Below, piece by piece: positions 49,556 through 60,400 of a stretch of DNA of 64,000 nt (positions within the stretch are counted from its first letter, which is position 1; each line of letters opens with the position of its first letter). The position numbers and the translations under genes were made by a program. The notes under the pieces were generated by a model. It had not been told where the DNA came from. It was given only the letters and a program-made list of their open reading frames with translations, and ran no database searches. This DNA comes from Candidatus Magasanikiibacteriota bacterium (lineage in GTDB: Bacteria; Patescibacteriota; Patescibacteriia; Magasanikbacterales; GWA2-37-8). The stretch is from the NCBI GenBank assembly GCA_026396515.1, contig JAPLWQ010000002.1, positions 61,575 through 125,574 on the forward strand. Reading direction: 5' to 3'.

Positions 49556-49751
49556 TCAAAAAACCCCGATACCTAAATATATAGATATCGGGGTCCTATT
49601 TTTTGATAAGACGGTTCCACCCGAATGTTTAACTTTTTATCAAGCTGTCTTGCTGCTCTGAGGGTGGTACCATATCCTGCTTAACAGGATTGGGCTGGTC
49701 CTCATTCAAACGCAACAATTATACTCTAAGACTATTCAATTTTCCTGTCAA
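49556..49751 (-). promoter_or_regulatory. T-box riboswitch leader of thrS (Thr ACC specifier) with promoter, Stem I, T-box/antiterminator and intrinsic terminator
   Basis: Minus strand: promoter TTGACA (49751-49746); Stem I base UGAGG/CCUCA with specifier AUAUGGU-ACC-A (ACC = 49668-49666); T-box AACAUUCGGGUGGAACCGUCU (core 49624-49613); antiterminator UCGGG-[UGGAACC]-GUCU...GGAC-CCCGA; terminator ACCCCGAUAUC...GGUAUCGGGGU plus U6 (49593-49558) sharing CCCGA with the antiterminator. Confidence 0.6.
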
Positions 49752-49784
49752 CCCACAGGCGCTCACAAATCATTCACGCCTTTT

Positions 49785-50270
49785 CTACTCAGTTGTTGTG
49801 GTGGGCGTACTAGTTTCATTCATAAAAATCGGTCCGACGTTTACCAATATATCATTTTCTTCATTATAAATTATCGCTTTCTTTGCCTGCATAAAAATAA
49901 TAACTTTATCGCCATTTTTTGCATCTTTATAGAATGCCTGCTCGGTCTTTAAAGCGTCAGCGTCGGTTATAGAAGCAACAGTCGGCTCTTCATCAGTTGG
50001 AAGAACAATATGCTTGCTAACTTTATCAAGCAAGGCTTTCACCTCCATTTTTGCCAAATCCTGCTGTCCTTGTGGAGTCGTTAACGAATTTATCCGCTTT
50101 TTCGCGACAGAGTACTTCACAAACATAACTAGACAGCCGGTTAGTGCCATAACAGCAATAATTAGCAAAATAATCATAAAGACCTTCTTTGGATTACCGC
50201 TTATAACAGATGGGGAGGCATCGCGACTATCTTCTTTGACCGGGTTAACTCTACGAATTGAAATCGGCAT
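49785..50270 (-). CDS. Hypothetical membrane-anchored protein (161 aa)
   Basis: ORF; TM VFMIILLIIAVMALTGCLVMFV. Confidence 0.5.
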   Translation of the reverse strand: MPISIRRVNPVKEDSRDASPSVISGNPKKVFMIILLIIAVMALTGCLVMFVKYSVAKKRINSLTTPQGQQDLAKMEVKALLDKVSKHIVLPTDEEPTVASITDADALKTEQAFYKDAKNGDKVIIFMQAKKAIIYNEENDILVNVGPIFMNETSTPTTTTE

Positions 50271-50364
50271 ACAAATAATGCTTAAAAAATTACATCAAGT
50301 ATTATAACAAAAAATCAATATTTGCGAAATTCTCCAACAAATTGTCTGTTGGAGTAATTGGCTA

Positions 50365-53300
50365 TTAACCGACTATCGGTTCGGTTGGTGGTTCTTCGGC
50401 AGGCGGTGTTTCAACAACAGGTTCTTCAACTACCGGTTCAGTTGGCGGTGTTTCAACAACAGGTTCTTCAACTACTGGAGTCTCTTCAGGTACAACCGGC
50501 GGAATATACAAAATCGATAAACCAATCGTGGTAGTAGTACCATCTGAGACAAATACTTTTGATTCCGGCAATGCTCCGAATACTTGCCAGTTGAATACGA
50601 CATCACTCATTTGTATGTCTGGTATTTCTATCCTGAAACCGGAAATGCCCGTGCCGGTTAATTTCCAGCGTCCATCGTAATCAAGCGGTGTCACGGTAAT
50701 AATTGGCATTGTCTCATACGGCTCCGCAAAAGTAATTGTCGTAGAAGAATGACCGGATAATATTTTTGCCTGGCCGACCGTATCTTCACCAAATGTCGTG
50801 TGTTTCTTCACGGCAAGCGTTCCATTAAACACAGCCGCGTTCTCAATTACTAGCATATTGGCCGCCAAACCATCATATACGCCGCTGAGTATGGATTCGC
50901 TGGATGTTGACATACTGGCGAGACGCGCTTCCAGATCAGATAAAGCGGTTTGTAAACTTGTTAACTGTGAATCAGTTGAGGAAGCACTGGTTTCTAACAC
51001 GATCATGCGACTATTTATCTCGGCGAGCATGGACTGTGTTTCAGTGAGAGAGAGATTCAACACATTTAACGATTCAGCCAAAGCAACGCTGGTTGAAGCT
51101 GTTTCGTCCAAAACAATACCATATGCATTAAGTACTGTTTTGATATCAACGATGTCCTTTGTGGTTGATACCGTTAATCCTTCCAGAGCAACCATGCGCT
51201 CATCTAAGGTCAATTCCACAGTAGAAGTCGGCTCCTCTTCAAGCACCAGCACCGTGTTACCCGGATCCTCTGCATCGTCTTGCCAGACACGATAATAATC
51301 GACATTTAAATAAACGCCGTTACTGGTTGAATAGTTCATAAGCATCGCAGCCAGATTGACCGTCGGAATGTTCGTGGTTGATTCACCGCAATATGTCCAA
51401 TTTATACCATCAGAGGAGTTGTTATCAACATAAAATTTAACTGACCCGCCACCTGCTCCGTTTGATGAAACAACTTCATATTTAAGCAGAGCGAAGACAG
51501 TATTATTAATTGTTTGCGCGGCGCATTCAATATTTGTTGAGACACCAGCCCGTCGCGTTACACCACGCCAATTTCCGGTAGCGGTATTATTGGTAAAATA
51601 TATACCATTGGTCGGATCACCGTTTTGCGCAGTGGCCCTGTCGCCGATACCAACCCACAACTTGTCATTTGCGCTGTCCGCTGATGGGAAAAGTTTCATC
51701 ATTGAAACCGGCAAGTTGTTGGCCGAAAATATGGTATGCGCGTTGCCCGTCGTTACACTACCGCTGTAAGCGAGACAACTGCCGCCCAGAAGCAATGCGC
51801 CCATTGTCTGTCGGCCAATTCCATTAATCGCATCATCAACCGTATCCCAGGTACAAGTACCATTTTCATCAACATTGAATATGGCATCATCACCCCAGGC
51901 GATGGCTGTGTCGGCGGATATTTGCGCCCGCTCTCGCATGAACTCTTCTCCGAAATATGAATTCCTACTCATCATTGCGCCTGCTTCAATTGACATACCA
52001 AAATTCGTTGATAAATTCTTTGCCTCACCTACTATATTACCGGCATTATTCTGCCACTGTTGAAGTGCCGCGGTCTGGCCGGAAGCACCCTGTACCACTA
52101 AACCAATGGTTGAACTGGCACGCGACAAAATGTGAACCTGGCCGGCAAATGAGTTCGTATCGTTGGCATGCCCGCCCAAACCGATATCTCCAACAGAGGA
52201 AATTTGTAAATCAGAATATTCGGTAGTAGTGCCAACGGGCTGGCGTTTAATACTCCAGTACGGCGAAGTGGCCCTTGTATCCAGACGAATAATTGCGCCA
52301 AGAGAGGAGGTGTTTCTATTTCCGATCTGAGTGACATTTACGCCGTAAGAAAGTAATTGACTGCCAACCTCAGTGAATAAACCCATCTTCCATGTGCTGC
52401 TATTGGTAAAATTCAAGCCAATCGAATCGGTGTTAACCGTACGATTCGGGAATGCTCCCGGGCCGATAGTCCAAGCCGCCGTGCCGGAAGTAATTCTAAC
52501 GTCTCCCTCGGCAACATGCAGTTTTGATAGCGGTGTGGAAGTACCGATGCCAAGGTACCCGACGTCGGAAAGAGTCATTCCTTCAACTGTTGAGATTGAT
52601 CCTTTTGGCGTTGTCGCCCATCTTAAAGACGTTCCATTATTTGTAATGGAGAAGTTTTCCTCCGCATAAGCCCGCATATAGGCATTAGCACTGGTAGAAA
52701 AAGCTGTTCCAAAATAACCTGAGAAACTATTGTTACCAATCACATCACCGGAAAGAAGCGCTGTTGGTGTTGCCTTGGTCCCATTGGCTCTGCGTTGTCT
52801 GATATTTGCGCCTGCAGTTCCATAAACATCAAGATACATTTGCGGACCCGATGATTGCTCAGTTGACAGGTGAAGTATGCCGGAAGGATCAGATGTGCCA
52901 ATACCGACATTGCCTGTATTTCTGATGGTCATACGCTCAAGAGGAGCTGTTCCTGTGGCAATATCCGGCGCCGTAAAAAATGTAAGTTTTCCCGGCACAG
53001 CCCAGGTGGAAGGATTGCCATCGACGGTTGCCCTGATCGAAGCCGCCTTTTGGAAATTGGTGCCGAAATATCCTTGGAAAATATTCTCGCCGAGAATATC
53101 ATTATTCTGAGATATTTCCGGAGACGCAAGTGTTCCGCGCGAACGGGTAAAATATAAAGCCGGGTACGCGCCTGTTCCGGTCGTGGAAAGCCTAATGTTT
53201 ATGTCCCCGACGTTACCATCTTCGGAATCAAGCTCAAACATTGAAGACACAGCCGACACACTCGGGATACTGGAGCCGAGGTTAATCTGCAAGCGATTGT

Positions 53301-55830
53301 TTCCAGTTGCATGTGAATTGCCGATACTCAGACTGTTATTTGTGCTATTCCAATATAATGTATTTGAGCTGGTGATGGTACTGGTTGAACTCCAAAAAGT
53401 AACTTGCCCGGCAGAACCTGAACCGGAAACGCTACTACTACCAACGCCAAAATCCTGCCACGTACCTGTTACGTTCTTAAACTGCATCACGCCGCTATTG
53501 TCACGGAAGCCATATCCGGACGAGCCGGCGGTAGTGCCAAAATTTAAGTATCTATTGCTGCCTGATAAAATCATACTGCCGTTAACATCCAATTTGGCGA
53601 GAGGCGAAGGTGTGCCAATACCGACGAGACCTTCACCATTAATTCTCAACCGCTCGGTAGCACCGCTGTAACCGTTGCTGGTGAAAAATCTGAAATCTCC
53701 ATAGGCGTATGAACCACTGGTGGTATTGACGCTACCCGTAATCCAGGAATCCATGAAGGCCGATGTAACTTGTGCGCCACTACTATCTACAGCATTGAAA
53801 CTGATAACGCCCATCCGAGAATTATCCGGTGTCTGACCGCCTGAAGATGATTTGCGATAGAATCGGAAACTCGGCCTATCAGCCGGCGTGTCACTGTCAA
53901 CTTCACTTCTAATATCATTATTTTTATTTTGTGATACTACACTAAGTTCATCAGTTAAAGTAGTTGTACCGATGCCAAGCCGACCATTCGCATTGTCCCA
54001 ATAAAAACTGCTTGTGCCTGCAATTGAACTGGTACCATTCCAGAAAGTTACTTGTCCGGAAGAACCCGATCCCACAATATTGCCGGTTCCAGTGGCGGTT
54101 CCTGTCGCGGTCAACGAGAGCCACTGCGAACCGGTGTAACCGAGAAAATCAGTACCGTTCCAAGCGATTGTGCCGGCAGTGGATGTGGGAGTAGTAGTAG
54201 CACCGATATTTATGGCGCCATTAACTGTTAATTTTTCGTATGTGGAAGTTGTACCGATCGCGACATTGCCATTTGATTCAATGCGCATACGTTCGGTAGA
54301 AGCGTCCGGAGGGCCATAACCACCAGCGTATAAAATTATATTTCCAGTCGGACCGGTCGCCGCAAGGGCCAAGCCATTTGCCTGAACATTCGGTCCGCCT
54401 GACATGAGAACGAGATAACCGGCTAAATTGGGCAAGCCATAATCATTGTAATTGGGAGAAGCCGCCATTAAATATCCTCCGTAATCACCTGTCTGGGCAA
54501 GAAAGCTGGCGGTAGAGCTCGGTCCAATATTGGGGTTAGACACACCGGCTATAGCCCAATAATCTGTATTTTGTTCAATATGCAATGGATAGCTCGGTGT
54601 GCTTGTACCAATGCCAAAAAACCCGTTCGTCTGATCCCAATAGAGCGAACTCGTGCCGGTGATTGAGTTTGTGCCATTCCAATAGGTTAATTGTCCGGCC
54701 GAACCTGAACCGTTAATGGTGCTACTTGCACCACCGGATGTGAAAGACAGCCACTGTGAACCGTTATATCCGAGGAAGTCGGAGCCATTATAGATAATGT
54801 CGCCGGCAGTGGAAGTCGGGGTGGTAGACGCGCCAATGTGAATACCGCCGTTTACGGTTAGCATTTCATAGGTGTTGGGGGTACCGATCGCGACGCGGCC
54901 GGTTTCTTCAATGCGCATCTTCTCGGAGGAAGTAGACGGCGGGCCATTTCCGTTGATATAAAAAACAATGTTACTGCCAGGATCACCGTTGGCGGCCAGG
55001 GCCAAACCTTTGGTCTGATCCATTGAAACCAAAGCCATATAACCGGCCAAATTTGTCAGACCATCTTGTGTAAAATTAGTTGAAGCTAAAAGTAAACCGC
55101 CCGAACTGCTGGCTGTTCGCATCATCAATCCCGAAATAGATGAGGTCCCGTTATTCTGATTTTCCAAAGCCATTGTCGGAGAAAAAGTATCGGTATTCTG
55201 AACAACATGCAACTGTGACATGGGCACGTTGGTTCCGATGCCAACAAAACCATTTGACTCAATACGCATGCGTTCAGAGGTTGTGGTCGGTCCCTCATTA
55301 CCGCCAACATAAAAAATAATATTATTATTATCTCCAACTGCTGCAAGGGCGATACCTCTCGCCATTTGGAAAGTAGCCAAGGTTAAATAACCAGCCATAT
55401 TGGTGTAACCATCCTGGCTGAAATTACTTGATGGCAGCATAAGAGCGCCACCAACATCATCAACGGTTAATCCTATCATCACTGCCGAACTGGCATTGTT
55501 CATGGTATTTTCAAACATGGCACCCGTCCAATCATTTACACTTTGTACAAGATGCAAAGGAGCCTGCGGGGTGCTTGTACCAATACCTAATCGTCCGTTG
55601 GCTTGATCCCAAAACAGAGAACTGGTTCCGGTGATTGAGTTTGTGCCATTCCAATAGGTTAACTGTCCGGCCGAACCTGAACCGTTGATGGTGCTACTTG
55701 CACCACCGGATGTGAAAGACAGCCACTGTGAACCGGTGTAGCCGTAAAAGTCCGTGCCAACGCTCACTTGATGTTGAAGGCCCTGAATTGCCGCCAGCAT
55801 AAAAAAGAATGTTATTGGTACTGTCACCAA
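50365..55830 (-). CDS. Giant repetitive cell-surface fibre protein (1821 aa): tail-fibre-like GYTGSQWLS... repeats, ConA/lectin-like region, coiled-coil stalk, Pro/Glu-rich C-terminal tandem repeats
   Basis: More than 12 copies of a ~50-aa module (...DFLGYTGSQWLSFTSGGASSTINGSGSAGQLTYWNGTNSITGTSSLYWD..NGRLGIGTSTP...LHV...); C-terminal PVVEEPVVETPPTEP x2 encoded by a 48-nt tandem repeat; the many antisense ORFs inside are spurious. Confidence 0.7.
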   Translation of the reverse strand: MVTVPITFFFMLAAIQGLQHQVSVGTDFYGYTGSQWLSFTSGGASSTINGSGSAGQLTYWNGTNSITGTSSLFWDQANGRLGIGTSTPQAPLHLVQSVNDWTGAMFENTMNNASSAVMIGLTVDDVGGALMLPSSNFSQDGYTNMAGYLTLATFQMARGIALAAVGDNNNIIFYVGGNEGPTTTSERMRIESNGFVGIGTNVPMSQLHVVQNTDTFSPTMALENQNNGTSSISGLMMRTASSSGGLLLASTNFTQDGLTNLAGYMALVSMDQTKGLALAANGDPGSNIVFYINGNGPPSTSSEKMRIEETGRVAIGTPNTYEMLTVNGGIHIGASTTPTSTAGDIIYNGSDFLGYNGSQWLSFTSGGASSTINGSGSAGQLTYWNGTNSITGTSSLYWDQTNGFFGIGTSTPSYPLHIEQNTDYWAIAGVSNPNIGPSSTASFLAQTGDYGGYLMAASPNYNDYGLPNLAGYLVLMSGGPNVQANGLALAATGPTGNIILYAGGYGPPDASTERMRIESNGNVAIGTTSTYEKLTVNGAINIGATTTPTSTAGTIAWNGTDFLGYTGSQWLSLTATGTATGTGNIVGSGSSGQVTFWNGTSSIAGTSSFYWDNANGRLGIGTTTLTDELSVVSQNKNNDIRSEVDSDTPADRPSFRFYRKSSSGGQTPDNSRMGVISFNAVDSSGAQVTSAFMDSWITGSVNTTSGSYAYGDFRFFTSNGYSGATERLRINGEGLVGIGTPSPLAKLDVNGSMILSGSNRYLNFGTTAGSSGYGFRDNSGVMQFKNVTGTWQDFGVGSSSVSGSGSAGQVTFWSSTSTITSSNTLYWNSTNNSLSIGNSHATGNNRLQINLGSSIPSVSAVSSMFELDSEDGNVGDINIRLSTTGTGAYPALYFTRSRGTLASPEISQNNDILGENIFQGYFGTNFQKAASIRATVDGNPSTWAVPGKLTFFTAPDIATGTAPLERMTIRNTGNVGIGTSDPSGILHLSTEQSSGPQMYLDVYGTAGANIRQRRANGTKATPTALLSGDVIGNNSFSGYFGTAFSTSANAYMRAYAEENFSITNNGTSLRWATTPKGSISTVEGMTLSDVGYLGIGTSTPLSKLHVAEGDVRITSGTAAWTIGPGAFPNRTVNTDSIGLNFTNSSTWKMGLFTEVGSQLLSYGVNVTQIGNRNTSSLGAIIRLDTRATSPYWSIKRQPVGTTTEYSDLQISSVGDIGLGGHANDTNSFAGQVHILSRASSTIGLVVQGASGQTAALQQWQNNAGNIVGEAKNLSTNFGMSIEAGAMMSRNSYFGEEFMRERAQISADTAIAWGDDAIFNVDENGTCTWDTVDDAINGIGRQTMGALLLGGSCLAYSGSVTTGNAHTIFSANNLPVSMMKLFPSADSANDKLWVGIGDRATAQNGDPTNGIYFTNNTATGNWRGVTRRAGVSTNIECAAQTINNTVFALLKYEVVSSNGAGGGSVKFYVDNNSSDGINWTYCGESTTNIPTVNLAAMLMNYSTSNGVYLNVDYYRVWQDDAEDPGNTVLVLEEEPTSTVELTLDERMVALEGLTVSTTKDIVDIKTVLNAYGIVLDETASTSVALAESLNVLNLSLTETQSMLAEINSRMIVLETSASSTDSQLTSLQTALSDLEARLASMSTSSESILSGVYDGLAANMLVIENAAVFNGTLAVKKHTTFGEDTVGQAKILSGHSSTTITFAEPYETMPIITVTPLDYDGRWKLTGTGISGFRIEIPDIQMSDVVFNWQVFGALPESKVFVSDGTTTTIGLSILYIPPVVPEETPVVEEPVVETPPTEPVVEEPVVETPPAEEPPTEPIVG
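55619..55759. repeat. 141-nt junction block, 100% identical to 57240..57380
   Basis: Exact identity over 141 nt, whereas in-frame paralogous copies elsewhere (e.g. ~54640-54770) differ at several positions. On the coding strand each block begins with TGGCACGGACTTTTACGGCTACACCGG. Confidence 0.7.
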
Positions 55831-57442
55831 CTGCAGCTATAGCGATACCATTAGCATTCTGGAAAGTAGCCAACGCCAGATATCCGGCCAAATGCGAATA
55901 TCCGCTTTCGTTAAAATTCTCCGATGCTACCATTAATCCGCCTTCGGCATTCCCGACTTTAAGTAATAGGGCGGCGGTCGAAGAAGCACCATTGACGGTA
56001 TTTTCGAGCGCCATATTTGCCGTAAAATCATTGCTATTATTCACCACATGAAGCGCATACTCCGGAGTCGTGGTGCCAATGCCTATATAACCATTATTAT
56101 CAACTGTCAATATATCAGCGGTACCCGTTGAGATTTTGAACAAGCCCGCGGCCGACGATGTAGTGTAGAGATCCAACAAATAATTCGGAGATGCGGTACC
56201 AATACCGACGAAACCATTGGCCTCAATACGCATTCGCTCAGTATTGGAGGTTGGGGGGCCATCATCAGTACCGGTGAAGAAAATGATGTTGCCGGTCTCA
56301 CCAGTTGCCGCCAAAGCCAAACCATTTGCCCCTACTCCATAACCTTCAGGGTCACTCTGTAATGCGGTCGGTCCACCAGACATTAACAACATATAACCGG
56401 CCAAATCTGAAAGGCCAAAGTCAGAGAAATTTTCTGATGCCATCAATAAATAACCACCGGCATTTCCAACCGACAATTTCAAAGCTGCGGTGGAGCTGGC
56501 GCTGGTGTTGGTATTGTGAATGGATTCTACCGCCCAATAATTTATGTCCTGAACGATATTTACAGCATAACTTGGTGTGGTAGTGCCAACGGCGAGACGG
56601 CCGTTATTTTTATCCCAAAACAAGGTATTTGTTCCAGTGATAGCGCTTGAGTTGTCCCAGAAAGCGACCTGGCCGGAAGAGCCGGAACCGGAGACTCCCC
56701 CACCACCGGCTGTGAATGACAGCCATTGTGAACCGGTATAACCGAGAAAGTCTGACCCGTCAAAGATAATATCGCCGGCAGTTGAAGTGGGAGTGGTAGA
56801 GGGGCCAATATTGATACCGCCATTAACGGTAAGTAATTCATAAGTTGAGCTGGTACCGATGGCGACTCGGCCATTGTTTGCAAGCCGCATCCATTCACTT
56901 GATTGATCCCCATTGCCGTAAAAAACGGTATTGCCTGTTGGGCCGGCAATTAAAGCCAAGCCATTGCCCTGATCACCCTGCGACATGGTGGAAAAAAGAG
57001 CTGTATATCCCGCTAAATTTGTCATTCCAGCATCGCTAAAATTAACACCAGCCACTCCAACGCCGCCTGTATAATTACCGACTTTAAACACTGCCAGAGC
57101 GGTTGAGCTAGGGCCGCTATTTAAATTTTCAAATAAGGCGCTTGGTCCATCAAGATTAATATCATTTACTAAATGCAATCCCCATTGCGGAGTAGAGGTG
57201 CCGATACCTAACCTTCCATTAGTATTATCCCAATAGAGCGAACTGGTTCCGGTGATTGAGTTTGTGCCATTCCAATAGGTTAACTGTCCGGCCGAACCTG
57301 AACCGTTGATGGTGCTACTTGCACCACCGGATGTGAAAGACAGCCACTGTGAACCGGTGTAGCCGTAAAAGTCCGTGCCAGTTACTTTCAACGCGCATTC
57401 TCTCTGTATTAGCAGTCGGCGGTCCATATCCGGTGCCGGCAT
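55694..57442 (-). CDS. 582-aa ORF of the same repeat family, bounded on both sides by the 141-nt junction blocks; probably an internal segment of a larger gene
   Basis: The N-terminus after RECALK-VTG runs into GTDFYGYTGSQWLSFTSGG...; the C-terminus ends with the out-of-frame tail WHGLLRLHRFTVAVFHIRWCK, identical to the tail of the upstream ORF. Confidence 0.5.
   Translation of the reverse strand: MPAPDMDRRLLIQRECALKVTGTDFYGYTGSQWLSFTSGGASSTINGSGSAGQLTYWNGTNSITGTSSLYWDNTNGRLGIGTSTPQWGLHLVNDINLDGPSALFENLNSGPSSTALAVFKVGNYTGGVGVAGVNFSDAGMTNLAGYTALFSTMSQGDQGNGLALIAGPTGNTVFYGNGDQSSEWMRLANNGRVAIGTSSTYELLTVNGGINIGPSTTPTSTAGDIIFDGSDFLGYTGSQWLSFTAGGGGVSGSGSSGQVAFWDNSSAITGTNTLFWDKNNGRLAVGTTTPSYAVNIVQDINYWAVESIHNTNTSASSTAALKLSVGNAGGYLLMASENFSDFGLSDLAGYMLLMSGGPTALQSDPEGYGVGANGLALAATGETGNIIFFTGTDDGPPTSNTERMRIEANGFVGIGTASPNYLLDLYTTSSAAGLFKISTGTADILTVDNNGYIGIGTTTPEYALHVVNNSNDFTANMALENTVNGASSTAALLLKVGNAEGGLMVASENFNESGYSHLAGYLALATFQNANGIAIAAVGDSTNNILFYAGGNSGPSTSSERWHGLLRLHRFTVAVFHIRWCK
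57240..57380. repeat. 141-nt junction block, 100% identical to 55619..55759
   Basis: See the paired block. Confidence 0.7.
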
Positions 57443-60400
57443 AAAAAATAATATTACCGGTCGGACCTGTCGCCGCTATAGCCAAACCATCGGCCTGTAC
57501 GTCCGGCCCACCGGACATCAAAATCATGTAACCGGCTAAATTTGATAATCCGTAATCGGCAAAATTTTGCGAACCGGCGACCAAATATCCTCCATAATCC
57601 CCAACTTGCATACGCATGCCCGCCGTGGAACTGGGACCGGTATTGGAATTTTGTATGACATTAAGCGCCCACAAATCGTTATTTTGAACGATGTGTAATG
57701 GAAAAGACGGCGTACTCGTGCCGATTCCAAGATTTCCATTTGTTTCATCCCAGTACAATGAACTGGAACCGGTGATGGAACTTCCAGTATCCCAGTAAGC
57801 AAGCTGACCGGCAGACCCGGAGCCGTAAACGTTGCCGGTGCCAGTGGCTGTACCGGTCGCAGTCAATGAAAGCCATTGCGAGCCATTATAACCGATAAAG
57901 TCAGTGCCATTAAATGCGATAGTTCCGGCAGTGGAGGTTGGTGTAGTTGTTGCTCCGATGTTGATTCCACCGGCAACGGTTAACCTTTCATATGTGGAGC
58001 TGGTACCAATAGCTACATCGCCATTATTTTCAATGCGCATTCTTTCCGTATCCATGGTCGCCGGGCCATAACCACCGGTGTAGAACATAATATTCCCCGA
58101 AGAGCCGGCGAGCAAAGCAATACCATTACCTTGTGTACCCGGAGAAACAGTAGAAACTAAAACAGTATAACCGGCTAAATTGGTCAGGCCGTAATCACTA
58201 AAATTCTCACCAGCTATCCCAATGCCGCCAGTATAATTTCCAATCTTAAACTGTAATAATTCGGTTGAACTTGCACCATTATTTAAGTTTTCAAAAGTGG
58301 TAAGCGGACCATTATAATCTTCGTTGTGAACGACATGTAAGTTATACCCTGGGGTGGTCGTGCCGATACCAAGCCGGTTGTTTAGGTCATCCCAGAAAAA
58401 ATTGCTGTTATCCTGCGCCAGTTTGCCGGAAGAACTGACAAAAATTATTGAGCCCGGAGTAAAGCCGCCGATATCAGAACCGATCAGGCCGAGCGAAGAC
58501 GTGGAAATCCAGCTCGGCGCGCCCGAACCGTTTGAAACAAGAAGCTGACCAGCAGTCCCAGTCGCGGTTAATTCTAATGAATCGGCGTCAGAATAAGCAA
58601 TGGCACCGGCCAAAGCAGTCATATTCCTATTAGTGCCGCCGTTTGCCATAGCAAGCACTCCAGTAATATCGAGCCCCGACGCCAAATTAACCGTTCCTGT
58701 TGATATCACTCCGGCAGTAGCTCGTAATAGCCCGCTTAAGTTATCCACGGTTAAATGAGAAATTGTTGTGGTAGATAATGTAGAAAGACCAGTGAAGTAT
58801 GAATAACCGGAAAAAGTATTGGTCGCAGAAAACAAATTGTCTACTCCAGTGCCTGCAAAGCCGGTATGGCCGGACAAATCATAACTTAAACCGCTCAAAG
58901 AGCTGTGCGCGGTAGCAAGATAACTGCCATTGGGGATATTAGCCGAGTTTCTCAAGTCCTGAGTTTCTTGAAATGACACCGTTCCACCGATGTTCCTCAA
59001 GATGACCCTGTATAGCACTTTCATTTCCGCATATGGCAAATTCCCAAGCGCCAATGTATCAAACGTGTTATTTGTCCGCGCATTGCCGATTGAGGTGTCC
59101 TGACGCTGGCCCATTAAAGAGACAATCGGCGTCAAGGGATCGTTTGTCGCAAAAATCCAATAGGCAACATAATTACCAGAGCTGACGGTTGACGTGCCGG
59201 TCCCATTATCATAAAAGAGTGTTCCACCTCCGCTTGTTAAATAGTAAGCGCTTTGCGAACCGGTAAAACGATAGTTGGTGGCACCGTCATGAAAAAAGAC
59301 CTGAAACTGCGTGGCTGTAGATATGTCATGGCGGACATCTTCATCCCATATAGCGCCGGAGGAAACAGAGCCGGTAGCATTTGAGAATGTGCCTGCCAGA
59401 CCGGATTCGTAACGTGTGCCGATGGTAAAATGCAAATACTGATGGGTCAAACCGTCCATTGTCAGGCCGTGCCGCTCATCACCCAATTCGCCTGTTAGCG
59501 TATTTTGATTCCAATATACAGTAGCGATGGGAATGTTGGGCGAAGCGATAGTCCAGGCGACAGTTGATGATGTAAGAACGCCGGTGCTTGTGTAATAGAA
59601 ATAATACGAACCAGTGATGTTCGGAATTGAAACAGATCCCGTGCTTTTAGTTATTGCACTACCGCCGGAATAAACTCGGAAATTTGTACCTGTGATCGTA
59701 AAAGTGCGCGTCGATGTCGCAAATGAAAGCGAGGTGTCAGTGCGGTTGGGAAAACCGGTGGCTTCGCTTCTGAGCGATGCAAGATTTGTAAGAGACCGCC
59801 AAGCGCCGCCGTCATATCCTTCAAAATCGCCGGTGGTAGTGCTGAATCTCATTGATCCGTTAATACCGGTGCCCGTGTTGCCTATCCTGATAGCGCCGCT
59901 ACCGGAACCATCAACAAGATCCAATCTTTGCGAAGGAGTTGTTGTCCCTATCCCCAAACGACTGTTCACACTGTCCCAATATAATGATGTTGTACCTGCA
60001 ATTGAACTGGTACTATTCCAATATGCGAGCTGGCCCGACGCGCCTGAACCGGAAATACTACTCGTGCCTGTGGCTGTAAGCGATAACCACTGCGAACCGG
60101 TGTAGCCAATAAAGTCTGTGCCGTTAAAAGCAATTGTGCCGGCTGTTGATGTTGGAGTCGTGGTGGCGCCGATATTGATGCCACCGGCCACCGTAAGTTT
60201 TTCATGAGTTGAAGTCGTGCCAACAGATAAGTAGGATGTAAGCACTCCCGTGCCGGCGGTCAAGCCGCCGGTGGTGGTTATATTGCCCGCGCCGAAAGAG
60301 GCGTTTCCAACGTTGAAAGTGATTGATTGCCCGGCGGCAGTAGCGCTGAAAATTCCATATATCAATGCATTTGCTTTATCCCCCGAAGAACTGCCTCTAT

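Noticed and set aside
49659-49678. Plus-strand sequence GAGGGTGGTACCATA resembling a T-box core
   Set aside because: No downstream plus-strand gene and no terminator. It is the complement of the Stem I / specifier region of the minus-strand T-box leader of thrS.
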